A stretch of 64,000 nt of DNA from an uncultured SAR86 cluster bacterium. GTDB taxonomy: Bacteria > Pseudomonadota > Gammaproteobacteria > Magnimaribacterales > D2472. The DNA lies in the NCBI GenBank assembly GCA_902515775.1, contig CABXVU010000002.1, positions 72,436 to 136,435 on the forward strand, read 5' to 3'. Below are positions 21,281 through 37,141 of this stretch, piece by piece. The first letter of the stretch is position 1, and the number at the start of each line of letters is the position of its first letter. The notes below the pieces were generated by a model, which saw nothing but the letters and a program-made list of their open reading frames with translations, was not told the origin of the DNA and searched no databases. Made by a program: the position numbers and the translations under genes.

Positions 21281-23013
21281 ATGAAACTTTCAGGCGGCGA
21301 TCTGTTATTACGAGCTCTAAGAGAGGAGGGAGTAAAATTTATATTTGGTTATCCAGGTGGTGCTGCCTTGCACATTTATGATTCTATTTTTAAACAAAAA
21401 GCTTGTGATCATATTTTAGTTCGTCATGAACAGGGAGCTACTCATGCCGCAGATGGTTATTCTCGAGCTACAGGAAAACCGGGAGTTGCTTTAGTAACTT
21501 CTGGGCCAGGTGCAACTAATGCAATTACAGGCTTGGCGACTGCCTATATGGATTCAGTTCCTTTAATTGTAATTTCTGGCCAAGTACAGAGTCATCTAAT
21601 TGGCACCGATTCATTTCAGGAAACGGACATGATAGGTATCTCAAGACCAATAGTTAAACACAGCTTTATAGTTCAAGACACAAAAGATATTCCGAAAATT
21701 ATTCAAGAGGCATTTCATATAGCTACTACAGGCAGGCCCGGTCCAGTTGTTATTGATATTCCCAAAGACAAAACTGATCCAACAAAATTATATGAATACA
21801 AAAAGCCAAAAGAGGTCTCACTTAGGTCATATCAACCAAGAGTTTTACCTCATCCAGGGCAGATTAAAAAAGCATGTAAAAATATTTTATCGGCTGAACG
21901 CCCAGTAATTTATGCAGGCGGTGGTGTAATTCTCGGAAATGCTCATAAGGAGCTAATTGCCTTAAATAAATTATTAAAAGCACCTGTTACTAATACCTTG
22001 ATGGGGCTGGGTGTTTATCCAGCAAAAGATAAGTATTTTATGGGAATGCTAGGTATGCACGGAACATATCAGGCAAATATGGCTATGCATAATGCCGATG
22101 TTATTATTGCAGTTGGCGCAAGATTTGATGATCGTATTACTAATACACCTTCATTGTTTGCTCCAAATGCAAGAATTATCCATATCGATGTTGATCCCGC
22201 TTCAATCTCAAAAATTATTAATGCAGATATACCCATTGTCGGACAAGTAAAAGAGTCCCTAAATGCACTTATAAATGAGATTAAGCGCTCTAAAATTAAA
22301 ATTGATACAGAGGCCCTTGAGTCATGGAATCAACAAGTTGCGCAATGGAGACAAAAACATGGCCTTGATCATGAGTTATATCTTCAAAAGACTAAATCCC
22401 AAATGATTCTTCCACAGGTTGTTGTGCAAGAACTTTATCATGCTACAAATGGTAATGCTTGGGTTACCTCAGACGTTGGCCAGCATCAAATGTTTGTAGC
22501 CCAGTATTATCATTTCAACAAACCCAGACGTTGGGTTAATTCTGGTGGGTTAGGGACCATGGGCTTTGGTTTGCCAGCAGCCATGGGAGTTAAATTAGCA
22601 TTTCCAAAAGACGAGGTTGTATGTGTTACAGGTGAGGGCAGTATTCAAATGTGCATTCAAGAGCTATCTACCTGTCTTCAATATAATCTACCAATAAAAA
22701 TTATAAACATTAATAATGAGGCCCTTGGCATGGTCAGACAATGGCAAGATATGAATTATGGTGGACGGCATTCAGCAAGTACATATTCTGACTCTTTACC
22801 TAATTTTGTAAAACTTGCTGAGTCTTATGGGCATATTGGCATGAAAGTTACTAAAAAAGCAGAACTTAAGAAGACCTTGGAAAAAGCATTCTCTATGAAG
22901 GATAGACTAGTATTTGTTGATGTCTATGTCGATCCAAATGAACATGTCTATCCTATGTTAGTCGCTCCAAATGGAAGCATGAAAGACATGTGGATTAAAA
23001 AGAATGTAAAGGC

Positions 23014-23017
<4 letters not shown>
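21281..23017 (+). CDS. ilvI: Acetolactate synthase large subunit
   Basis: [36 protein letters not shown]. Confidence 0.93.
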
Positions 23018-24548
<1,531 letters not shown>

Positions 24549-24560
24549 TTATAAAACCGG

Positions 24561-24626
24561 TTGATATTTATACCTAAGGGTATACAATTTCACGTTCCGG
24601 CCAAGAGCTGGCATATTCTTTTAACA
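24561..24626 (+). promoter_or_regulatory. rRNA operon promoter and boxA-like antiterminator
   Basis: TTGATA-16 bp-TACAAT (24561-24588), short GCCA/TGGC hairpin, TATTCTTTTAACA boxA-like sequence at 24614-24626. Confidence 0.65.
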
Positions 24627-24713
24627 TATTTGGTTACTCGTGTGGGTGTTCAAAATACGAGATATATATTTTTGTTATTTTTAATATTTTATAAAAGTAA
24701 CACAACATGATTT

Positions 24714-26248
<1,535 letters not shown>

Positions 26249-26506
26249 ACGAAACTTTCGTACTAGAGTGCCCACACGAGTAATCAAATATTTAAGAGAA
26301 GTTATTTATAATTTTTGGTATGTAATTTTCTAGTAAATATTTTTATATTTACAGTGTCATATTTTTATCTGTTATCAAAAATATGGACACATTAGATCAC
26401 TGCATTAATAGAAGAAAATTTTATTAAGTTATTCTCAAATAACAAAAAAACTTAGCTCGCAAATACAAAGGAGAGCTAAGTATGTAGCCCTTTTTTAGGG
26501 TTATAT

Positions 26507-29396
<2,890 letters not shown>

Positions 29397-29466
29397 GTAA
29401 CCTTAAAAAAGGTTCCGTTGTTCAGGAATAACTTATTTGTAGTGATAAAAGAATTACATACCAGTT

Positions 29467-29584
29467 TGCCTGATGATAATAGCAGTTTGGTACCACCTGA
29501 TCCCATCTCGAACTCAGAAGTGAAACGAACTCACGCCAATGGTAGTGCAAGGTCTCCTTGTGTGAGAGTAGGTAATCGTCAGGC
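29467..29584 (+). rRNA. rrf: 5S rRNA
   Basis: GCCTGATGAT...CCCATCTCGAACTCAGAAGTGAAAC...GAGAGTAGG...ATCGTCAGGC. Confidence 0.96.
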
Positions 29585-29595
29585 TTTTTTCTTTG

Positions 29596-29630
29596 AAAGG
29601 CTCTCAGAGTTATCTGAGGGCCTTTTTTTT
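29596..29630 (+). terminator. Intrinsic terminator of the rRNA operon
   Basis: AAAGGCTCTCAGA-GTTA-TCTGAGGGCC followed by T8. Confidence 0.9.
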
Positions 29631-29646
29631 GTATAAAATAATGGGT

Positions 29647-30087
29647 ATGGATATTACCGAAATTTCAGATCGCATGGAACTTGAAAAACTAATCACTGAT
29701 TATGCAACTGCAGTAGATAGTAAAAATTTTCAAGAGTTCAATAACTTGTTCACTAAAGATGCTCATATTGATTACACTGCAGTTGGTGGTAAAGCAGGTA
29801 ACCTTAAAGAAATTATTGAGTACTTAGAAAATGCACTAGATCGGTTTCCAAATTACCAACATCTAATCTCAAATATTTCTCTTAAAATTAATGGAAACTC
29901 TGCCTCTGGAAAAGTAATGTGTTTTAATCCAATGCAAACAGAAAATGATGAAGTATTCTTTTTGGGGATGTGGTATCTGGATACCTATGAAAAAATAAAT
30001 AATAAATGGTTTATATCATCAAGGGTTGAAGAGAGTTCTTGGGAACATAATGTTCCAAAATTTATTAATACCAAAGCTAAAAAATGA
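29647..30087 (+). CDS. SnoaL-like / NTF2-fold protein
   Basis: ISDR-EL...YA-A-D, LFTKDA-IDY, QHLISN, YLDTY...WFISSR. Start moved to ATG 29647 (or 29641) because 29593 lies in the terminator. Confidence 0.8.
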   Translation: MDITEISDRMELEKLITDYATAVDSKNFQEFNNLFTKDAHIDYTAVGGKAGNLKEIIEYLENALDRFPNYQHLISNISLKINGNSASGKVMCFNPMQTENDEVFFLGMWYLDTYEKINNKWFISSRVEESSWEHNVPKFINTKAKK

Positions 30088-30677
30088 TTGTTGGCCTTAC
30101 AGGTGGAATTGGATCTGGCAAATCAGCTGCTGCTAGTTTTTTTAAAAATGAAGGTATTAATGTCATAGATGCAGACCACGTAGCTAAAGAGGTCGTTGAA
30201 AAAGATACCCCTGGCTTTAAAAAAGTCGTCGAATATTTTGGTGCTGAAATAGTCCATGCTGATGGCTCGATAGACAGAACTAAGCTGAGAAAAGAGGTTT
30301 TTGAGAGTGTTGAAAAAAGAGAGGCTCTTGAATCTATTACGCATCCCTTAGTTCGAGAAAAGATGTCAGAAAGAATACTAGCATCTCAATCACCATACTC
30401 AATTATTGAGGTGCCACTTATTTTTGAGACAAAAAGTATGAGCTCATATGACAGAGTTCTCGTTATTGATTGTGAATCAGAACTTCAACTTGAACGAGCA
30501 ACCTTAAGAGATAATAACTCAGGTAATGTCATACAAAATATTATTAACTCTCAATGCTCCAGAGAGGAAAGGCTAAGCATTGCTAATGACGTGATATCTA
30601 ACAATGATTCCCTTAAAAATTTGCAAATAAGATCATTGGCAATGCATCATTTTTATCTAGGGCTGACTAAAAAATGA
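30084..30677 (+). CDS. coaE: Dephospho-CoA kinase
   Basis: GLTGGIGSGKS, IDAD, ITHPLV, EVPLIFE. Confidence 0.95.
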   Translation: MIVGLTGGIGSGKSAAASFFKNEGINVIDADHVAKEVVEKDTPGFKKVVEYFGAEIVHADGSIDRTKLRKEVFESVEKREALESITHPLVREKMSERILASQSPYSIIEVPLIFETKSMSSYDRVLVIDCESELQLERATLRDNNSGNVIQNIINSQCSREERLSIANDVISNNDSLKNLQIRSLAMHHFYLGLTKK

Positions 30678-30841
30678 AAAATGATTGTCCAAGATGTAGT
30701 AATGAAGCTGACTTAAGCGCCACTAATATTTTTCGACCTTTTTGTTCAGAGAAATGTAAATTAATTGATCTTGGTAATTGGGCTAACGAAGAAAAGCTCA
30801 TAAGCAGGCCAATTGAATCAGAAGATTTTTATGAGGATTAA
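30674..30841 (+). CDS. yacG: DNA gyrase inhibitor YacG (55 aa; absent from the ORF track)
   Basis: Manual translation MKNDCPRC...FRPFCSEKCKLIDLGNWANE; ATGA overlap with the coaE stop. Confidence 0.92.
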   Translation: MKNDCPRCSNEADLSATNIFRPFCSEKCKLIDLGNWANEEKLISRPIESEDFYED

Positions 30842-30857
30842 CTTTAAATACTGAGTT

Positions 30858-33575
30858 TTATATTATCTTCCACCCCTCATTTTCAACGAGAGGTTGAGCT
30901 TTTTTATATTTTAATTCTTTGATATTTTGCCCATCGGTAATTTTTACCACTTCATTTCTTCCAAATTTTGGAATATCTTTTTTTACAGTCTCCACAGTTT
31001 GTTGTTTTCTTGAAAGAGAGTTATTGTCATTTCCTATTACTGACTCCAATTTTTCTTGTTGCAACATCATTTCTCTATTTTTCTGAGCTTCACGTGACCT
31101 TTCTTCAAGTTCCTGTATTTCTTCTTCAGTTGCAAGCTCTAATCTAAATAATACCTTTATGGACTCGCTATTAATTGCATTTAACATGACCTCAAACATT
31201 TCAAATGCCTCACGCTTATATTCATTTTTAGGATTTTTTTGAGCATATGCTCTCAGTCCAACACTTTGTCTAAGGTGATCCATCTCAGCTAAATGATCTT
31301 TCCAGTGAACATCTAATATTTGGAGCATGACTTGTTTTTCTAACTGCGCAAGGTTTTCTTTGATGGCTATATATTTTTCTTGATAACGTTTTAAAGCTTT
31401 TTCAGAGACTAGACTTGCAATTGTTTCCGGAGTTAATTTCTTATCATTTTTCACTTTTGCCGCAATACCTTTTTCAAATAAATAGTGATCATTCAGATAT
31501 CCATCTAATTCTTCAAGTCTCCATTGGCTCTCAACTGACTCTAATGGAACAAAATCATTACAAATAGATTGCATCTCTGAAAATATAAGTTCATTTATTG
31601 CTTCTGAAATATTATCTTCATTTAAGAGTTGATTTCTTAAAGAATAGATTGCTTGCCTCTGATCATTTGCAACATCGTCATATTCCAACAAGTTTTTTCG
31701 AATATCAAAATTTCTACTTTCTATTCTTCTTTGTGCATTTTCTATCCCTCTGGATAACATCTTATGCTCAATGTGATCATCGCCCATACCAATTTTTTCA
31801 AACAATCCTCTCCGACTATCAGATATAAAAAGCCTTAATAAATCATCTTCTAACGATAAGAAAAATTTTGAATAACCTGGATCTCCTTGCCGTCCTGATC
31901 GACCCCTAAGCTGATTATCAATTCTGCGAGATTCGTGTCTTTCAGTTCCAAGAATATGAAGACCTCCAGCATCTAATACTAGCTGATGTCTTTTTTCCCA
32001 TTCTCCGTCACCTATATTTTCTTTTCCTCCAAGAACTATGTCTGTTCCCCTTCCAGCCATATTTGTTGCAATTGTTAGTACACCTGGACGCCCAGCATTT
32101 GCAATAACTTCAGCTTCTTTTTCATGCTGTTTAGCATTAAGTACTTGATGAGAAATATTTTTCTTACTCAATAATGCAGATACTATTTCAGAAGACTCGA
32201 CCGAAGCAGTACCAACTAAAATAGGCGCATCTTTTTTTCTTAATAATTCTATCTCATCAATCAAGGCTTTAAATTTTGATTCTTTTGTAAGAAAGACCAA
32301 ATCATCATTGTCATCTCTTGCCATTGGTTTATTTGTTGGAATTATTGATACCTTTAAACCATATATTTCAGCAAATTCAGCAGCTTCGGTATCTGCAGTA
32401 CCTGTCATACCAGAAAGCTTGTTAAAAAGCCTAAAAAAATTCTGATATGTTGTAGAGGCTAGAGTTTGAGATTCTTTTTGAATTGCAACGTTCTCTTTGC
32501 ATTCAAGAGCCTGATGAATCCCTTCGCTCATTCTTCGACCAGGCATTGTTCTGCCAGTATGCTCATCTATCAAGAGCACTTCTTGCCCTCTAACTAGATA
32601 ATGGACATTCTTGTTAAAGAGAAATGCAGCTTTTAAGGTTGCATTCACGTAACGCATAATTTTTAGATTACTTACAGAATAAAGACTATCGTCAGATTGA
32701 AGTAAGCCAAGTTCTTCAAGATGATTTTCTACAACTACATAACCATCATCAGTAAGCTCTATTGACCTATTTTTTTCATCAATAATATAGTGACCCCTTT
32801 CATCAGCTGTAAGTGGCTCATCTTCAGTTCCTTCACGTAATTGTTTTTTTAGACTAGGAATAATTTTTTTTATTTGAACATAATAATCTGCACTTTCGTT
32901 AGAAGGACCAGAAATAATTAGTGGCGTTCGAGCTTCATCAATTAGTATTGAATCTACTTCATCCACAATTGCAAAATCTAGAGAGCATTGGACCTTATCT
33001 TCAGCTCGCAGAGCCATGTTGTCTCTAAGATAATCAAAGCCTAACTCCCCATTAGTGGCATAAATAACATCACATTCATAGGCTGCTTTCTTTTCTTCAA
33101 AAGGCTGGTTTGAATGAATAACTCCAACTTTTAGCCCTAATCCTTCATAGATAGGCTTCATCCAATCAGCATCTCTTTGCGCAAGGTAGTCATTCACAGT
33201 AACCAAGATCACTTTGTTATCTTTAATTGCATTAAAATATGCGGGTAAAGTTGCAACCAAAGTTTTCCCTTCCCCGGTTTTCATTTCAGCTATGTTGCCC
33301 TCAGACAGGGCTATACCTCCGAGCATTTGACAGTCAAAATGCCTAAGTCCTGTTGTTCTAGTACTTACTTCTCGAGTTGCCGCAAAGGTGTGCGCCAATA
33401 AATCAAATCCAGAATCTTTTTTTAATGTTTTAAATTTATCTCTGAGGGAAAATAGCTCTTCATCGCTTAATTGTTGATACTCAGACTCAAGATCATTAAT
33501 TTGATCCACAATGACTTGCATCCGCTTTAAAGAACGTTGATTACTGCTTCCAAATATTTTGGTTAAAAATGACAT
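30858..33575 (-). CDS. secA: Preprotein translocase ATPase SecA
   Basis: EMKTGEGKT, VTVNDYLA, DEVDSILIDEARTPL, NMAGRGTDI, RRIDNQLRGRSGRQGDPG. Confidence 0.98.
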   Translation of the reverse strand: MSFLTKIFGSSNQRSLKRMQVIVDQINDLESEYQQLSDEELFSLRDKFKTLKKDSGFDLLAHTFAATREVSTRTTGLRHFDCQMLGGIALSEGNIAEMKTGEGKTLVATLPAYFNAIKDNKVILVTVNDYLAQRDADWMKPIYEGLGLKVGVIHSNQPFEEKKAAYECDVIYATNGELGFDYLRDNMALRAEDKVQCSLDFAIVDEVDSILIDEARTPLIISGPSNESADYYVQIKKIIPSLKKQLREGTEDEPLTADERGHYIIDEKNRSIELTDDGYVVVENHLEELGLLQSDDSLYSVSNLKIMRYVNATLKAAFLFNKNVHYLVRGQEVLLIDEHTGRTMPGRRMSEGIHQALECKENVAIQKESQTLASTTYQNFFRLFNKLSGMTGTADTEAAEFAEIYGLKVSIIPTNKPMARDDNDDLVFLTKESKFKALIDEIELLRKKDAPILVGTASVESSEIVSALLSKKNISHQVLNAKQHEKEAEVIANAGRPGVLTIATNMAGRGTDIVLGGKENIGDGEWEKRHQLVLDAGGLHILGTERHESRRIDNQLRGRSGRQGDPGYSKFFLSLEDDLLRLFISDSRRGLFEKIGMGDDHIEHKMLSRGIENAQRRIESRNFDIRKNLLEYDDVANDQRQAIYSLRNQLLNEDNISEAINELIFSEMQSICNDFVPLESVESQWRLEELDGYLNDHYLFEKGIAAKVKNDKKLTPETIASLVSEKALKRYQEKYIAIKENLAQLEKQVMLQILDVHWKDHLAEMDHLRQSVGLRAYAQKNPKNEYKREAFEMFEVMLNAINSESIKVLFRLELATEEEIQELEERSREAQKNREMMLQQEKLESVIGNDNNSLSRKQQTVETVKKDIPKFGRNEVVKITDGQNIKELKYKKAQPLVENEGWKII

Positions 33576-33608
33576 TAATTTAATTGTAAATAATTTTGTA
33601 TATTTTAT

Positions 33609-34532
33609 TCAGTGCTCAATATCATCTCCAAATGGAGCTCTGACATATGAAATTGGTGCAGTGGAGGTATCTTCAAAAGTAACAACCTCCCAAGCATCCT
33701 CAGATGAAAGTATTTTTCTCAATAGTTCGTTATTAAGAGAATGGCCAGATTTATATCCAGAAAACTGACCAATGAGGTTATGACCAAGTAAATACAAATC
33801 ACCAATAGCATCGAGCATTTTATGCTTTACAAACTCGTCATCAAATCTTAAGCCGTCTTCATTCAAGATCCCATCCTCTCCAACAGCTATAGCATTTGCG
33901 ACACTAGCTCCCAAAGCCAAGCCTTTGGATTGAAGTAAATCTAAATCTTTAACTGCTCCAAAAGTTCTAGCTCTACAAATTTCTTTTACAAAAGAGGTAG
34001 ATGAAAAGTCGATGGAGGATTTTCGCGAATGCTTATTAATGCTTGGATCTTTGAAATTTATTTCAAAACTAACTTTAAACCCGTCAAATGGCTTGATAGC
34101 AGCGTAGGTATCGTCTCGTTCAACCCGCACCTCCTTTTTTACTTTAATGAATTTTTTTAACTCATCTTGCTCAGCTAATCCAGCAGACTGTATTAGAAAG
34201 ACATACGGACTCGCACTTCCATCCATAATAGGTACTTCTGGGCCATCAACTTTAATAATGCAATTATCTATTCCAAGACCAGCAATAGCCGATAATAGAT
34301 GCTCAATGGTTCCAATTTTATAACCATCCTTAAACAGATTTGTAGATAAAGTGGTATCTCCAACATAGTCATACAAAGCCGGAATTTTTATTTCTGGGTC
34401 AAGGTCATTGCGAATAAATGTTATTCCAGAATTCACAGGAGCAGGTAAAAGCTCCATAGTCATTTTTTTTCCGCTATGGAGTCCTACACCAACAGCTTTT
34501 ATTGAATTATTAATGGTTCTTTGATTAAGCAT
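33609..34532 (-). CDS. lpxC: UDP-3-O-acyl-N-acetylglucosamine deacetylase
   Basis: [38 protein letters not shown]. Confidence 0.97.
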   Translation of the reverse strand: MLNQRTINNSIKAVGVGLHSGKKMTMELLPAPVNSGITFIRNDLDPEIKIPALYDYVGDTTLSTNLFKDGYKIGTIEHLLSAIAGLGIDNCIIKVDGPEVPIMDGSASPYVFLIQSAGLAEQDELKKFIKVKKEVRVERDDTYAAIKPFDGFKVSFEINFKDPSINKHSRKSSIDFSSTSFVKEICRARTFGAVKDLDLLQSKGLALGASVANAIAVGEDGILNEDGLRFDDEFVKHKMLDAIGDLYLLGHNLIGQFSGYKSGHSLNNELLRKILSSEDAWEVVTFEDTSTAPISYVRAPFGDDIEH

Positions 34533-34572
34533 ATCTGTTTTTCTTTAAATTCTTAACAATTATAGATTAAAT

Positions 34573-35298
34573 TTAGTTAAATTTTTGCCTTGCAATTTCA
34601 AAAAGCATGACACCTGTCGCAACAGATACATTTAGACTATTAATGTTTTCATTTTTAGATAATGTACACATTTCGGTGCAGATTTCTTGTGTTTTCTTTC
34701 TAATACCATTTTCTTCAGAGCCAACTATTGCAACAATGGGTTTGTTGAGGTCGAATTTTGTGTGCAGAATGTTGGCATGCTCACTTGTACCGAGAATCAT
34801 ATAACCTAATTTCTTAAAGTGTTTTAGAGCATTTACTAAGTTCGTGATGGTGAAAATTTGAACTGCTTCTGTTCCTCCAGCAGAAATTTGTCTGACAACT
34901 GGAGTGATAGGTGAGCAATGATGCTTGTTTATAATAACTCCAGCAATATTACTGGCCGCTGCAGATCTAATGCAGGCACCAAGGTTTCTTGGATCAATAA
35001 TATTATCAATTACTAAGAATGTAGGATTTTTATTTTGAATGCTTTCTTCATATTTTTTTAAGTCACTGAGACCAAGACTTACATCGTTTTTTAAATAAGC
35101 CTCAGGATGTTGGACTAGACTTTTTTTTCTTTCAACTGAAATAGAGAGCTTCTCAGCCATCGAAATTAAGCCAAGAGCTCGTTCATCATTTCTGTTTGCT
35201 GGCATAAATATTTTTTTTATATTTTCAGGTGAAAGCTTTAACAAGATCTCGATGCTGTGAAATCCTACACGAAGATTTGATAAATTTTTATTTTCCAT
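34573..35298 (-). CDS. rlmB: 23S rRNA Gm2251 methyltransferase (SpoU family)
   Basis: DPRNLGACIRSA, GSEENGI, SLNVSVATG; rnr-rlmB synteny. Confidence 0.9.
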   Translation of the reverse strand: MENKNLSNLRVGFHSIEILLKLSPENIKKIFMPANRNDERALGLISMAEKLSISVERKKSLVQHPEAYLKNDVSLGLSDLKKYEESIQNKNPTFLVIDNIIDPRNLGACIRSAAASNIAGVIINKHHCSPITPVVRQISAGGTEAVQIFTITNLVNALKHFKKLGYMILGTSEHANILHTKFDLNKPIVAIVGSEENGIRKKTQEICTEMCTLSKNENINSLNVSVATGVMLFEIARQKFN

Positions 35299-36763
35299 TT
35301 GGAATGACTAAATTGATTTTTCTTTCAAGTGGAAAAATTGCTGCAATTTTAACTTTTATTTTCTGGCCAAGCTTATATACACCACCTCTTTTTCTACCCC
35401 TTAGAACACTTTGATTATTTAATAAATGATAATGATCATCAGGTAAGTCAGATACGTGCAAAAGACCAGATATAAAGTAGGGCTCTAAATTAATAAAAAG
35501 TCCAAAATCTGTCACTCCTGTGACCACTCCGTTCATTGATGAGCCTATTTTTCTTTTAAGATATTCACAGACTAATACTTGTTCTACTTGCCTAGATGCT
35601 TTTTCACCACGTCTTTCAAGCACTGAAGCATTTTCACATTCGTCTTGAAGTTCATTTTCTGTTCTATTTGGTTTCTTATGAGCGAGATAGGAGCTAATTA
35701 ATCTATGAACAAGTAAGTCAGGATACCTTCTAATTGGAGATGTAAAATGAGTATATTTTTGCAGTTGTAATCCAAAATGTCCTAAATTATTGGTTGAATA
35801 TTCTGCCCTAGCTAAAGTTTGAAGAACTAAGATTTTTCCAATATCGTCATTTTTTTTATTAGCTTTTACTAGACATGAGTTGATCACTTCAAGGGGGGAT
35901 AATTTTTTACTTATTTGAGCAGGGATATGGAAATGTTTTTTTAACAACTCGAGTTTACTGGCATCCGGATCCTCATGAACTCTGTAAACTCCAAGATTTA
36001 ATCGGTCCTGCATTAACTCTGCAGCAGATTCGTTAGCTAAGAGCATAGATTCTTCAACAAGCTTGTAGGAAAACAATGACTTTTTCACTAGAATATTTTT
36101 TACTTCTTTATTCTTATTTAATTCTAGGTTGATTTCTTTAGGATTTATTTCTAATGCTTTTCTTTTGTTTCGATGCATTAACCTTAAATTTGTAAGCTCA
36201 TTTAAATCATTGATTGAATCTCGAGCTTGAGGCAACTCTATTTTTGAAGAGCCTTGAAGATGTTTTTCTACCTGATTGTAAGTTAATCGAGCCTTGGATT
36301 TTATCAAACCACTGTAAAACTTATATTTACCCCTTTTGCCATCGCGGCCAAGGGACATTTCGCAAATCATTGCACATCTATCTTCATTGGGCTTTAAAGA
36401 GCAGATACCGTTAGATAAATCCTCTGGCAACATGGGTATAACTTTCGCTGGAAAATATATAGATGTGCCTCTTTTTTGAGCTTCTTTATCTGTTTTGGAT
36501 CCCGTTTTGACGTAAAACGATACATCGGCAATAGCAACAAATAGTTTGAAGCCGTTTCTATTTTGTTTGCAATAAATAGCATCATCAAAATCTTTTGCAT
36601 TCTCACCATCAATAGTTATGAAGGGTAATTTTCTTAAATCTTGCCTGTATTTTGATGCTTTCTTTTTTTTAGTTGCTTTCTTTGCTTCTTCCAAGACGTC
36701 TGAATGCCATTTTGATGGCAGCTCATGCATTGAGACTGCATCCAGGATTGCTTCTTTATACAT
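35288..36763 (-). CDS. rnr: Ribonuclease R family exoribonuclease, N-terminally shortened (RNB + S1 only)
   Basis: TIDGENAKDFDDA, VAIADVS, RGTSIY, YTHFTSPIRRYPDL-VHR, C-terminal S1 domain. Confidence 0.85.
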   Translation of the reverse strand: MYKEAILDAVSMHELPSKWHSDVLEEAKKATKKKKASKYRQDLRKLPFITIDGENAKDFDDAIYCKQNRNGFKLFVAIADVSFYVKTGSKTDKEAQKRGTSIYFPAKVIPMLPEDLSNGICSLKPNEDRCAMICEMSLGRDGKRGKYKFYSGLIKSKARLTYNQVEKHLQGSSKIELPQARDSINDLNELTNLRLMHRNKRKALEINPKEINLELNKNKEVKNILVKKSLFSYKLVEESMLLANESAAELMQDRLNLGVYRVHEDPDASKLELLKKHFHIPAQISKKLSPLEVINSCLVKANKKNDDIGKILVLQTLARAEYSTNNLGHFGLQLQKYTHFTSPIRRYPDLLVHRLISSYLAHKKPNRTENELQDECENASVLERRGEKASRQVEQVLVCEYLKRKIGSSMNGVVTGVTDFGLFINLEPYFISGLLHVSDLPDDHYHLLNNQSVLRGRKRGGVYKLGQKIKVKIAAIFPLERKINLVIPNGK

Positions 36764-36817
36764 TTAAAATATTTATTTCTATTGTAAATTAAATGAGATG
36801 ATATATATTATTGCGCT

Positions 36818-37102
36818 ATGAATCTCGGTCGTAATAGCAAAGTAATCTCATTTATTGGGTTATTTTTTCTAGCAAGTATATCATTGCATTCATTTGCACA
36901 CATTGATGAAAGCCCGATTGAATACCATGCTGAAGCTGAATGCCAAACTTGTCATAATGATATTTCACCTGAGGTAGAATTTTTTGCATTTATTCCAAAA
37001 AAATATTTTAACGAATTTAAGGGCTTTAAGAGTTCTGACAAATTATATCTACAATTAAGCAAACCTTATTTTTCTCAAGCGCCTCCTAAAATTATTATTT
37101 AA
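36818..37102 (+). CDS. Upstream ORF with signal/TM segment, His + CxxCH motif and C-terminal QAPP (DUF2946/CruR-like putative arrest peptide)
   Basis: Hydrophobic N-terminus, H24/H28/H37, CQTCH at residues 42-46, SQAPP at 86-90; 39 bp upstream of a TonB-dependent receptor. Confidence 0.7.
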   Translation: MNLGRNSKVISFIGLFFLASISLHSFAHIDESPIEYHAEAECQTCHNDISPEVEFFAFIPKKYFNEFKGFKSSDKLYLQLSKPYFSQAPPKIII

Positions 37103-37141
37103 TTTTTTTTTAAATTTTAATTTTTTAACATAGGAGGTTTT

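Noticed and set aside
36764-36817. Zur or Fur box upstream of the ZnuD-like locus
   Set aside because: No convincing match to GAAATGTTATA-N-TATAACATTTC or GATAATGATAATCATTATC; only generic AT-rich sequence.
36941-36955. CQTCH as a c-type cytochrome heme site
   Set aside because: No evident cytochrome fold or distal Met/His ligand after the motif, and the context and QAPP end fit a regulatory uORF better. Not strictly excluded.
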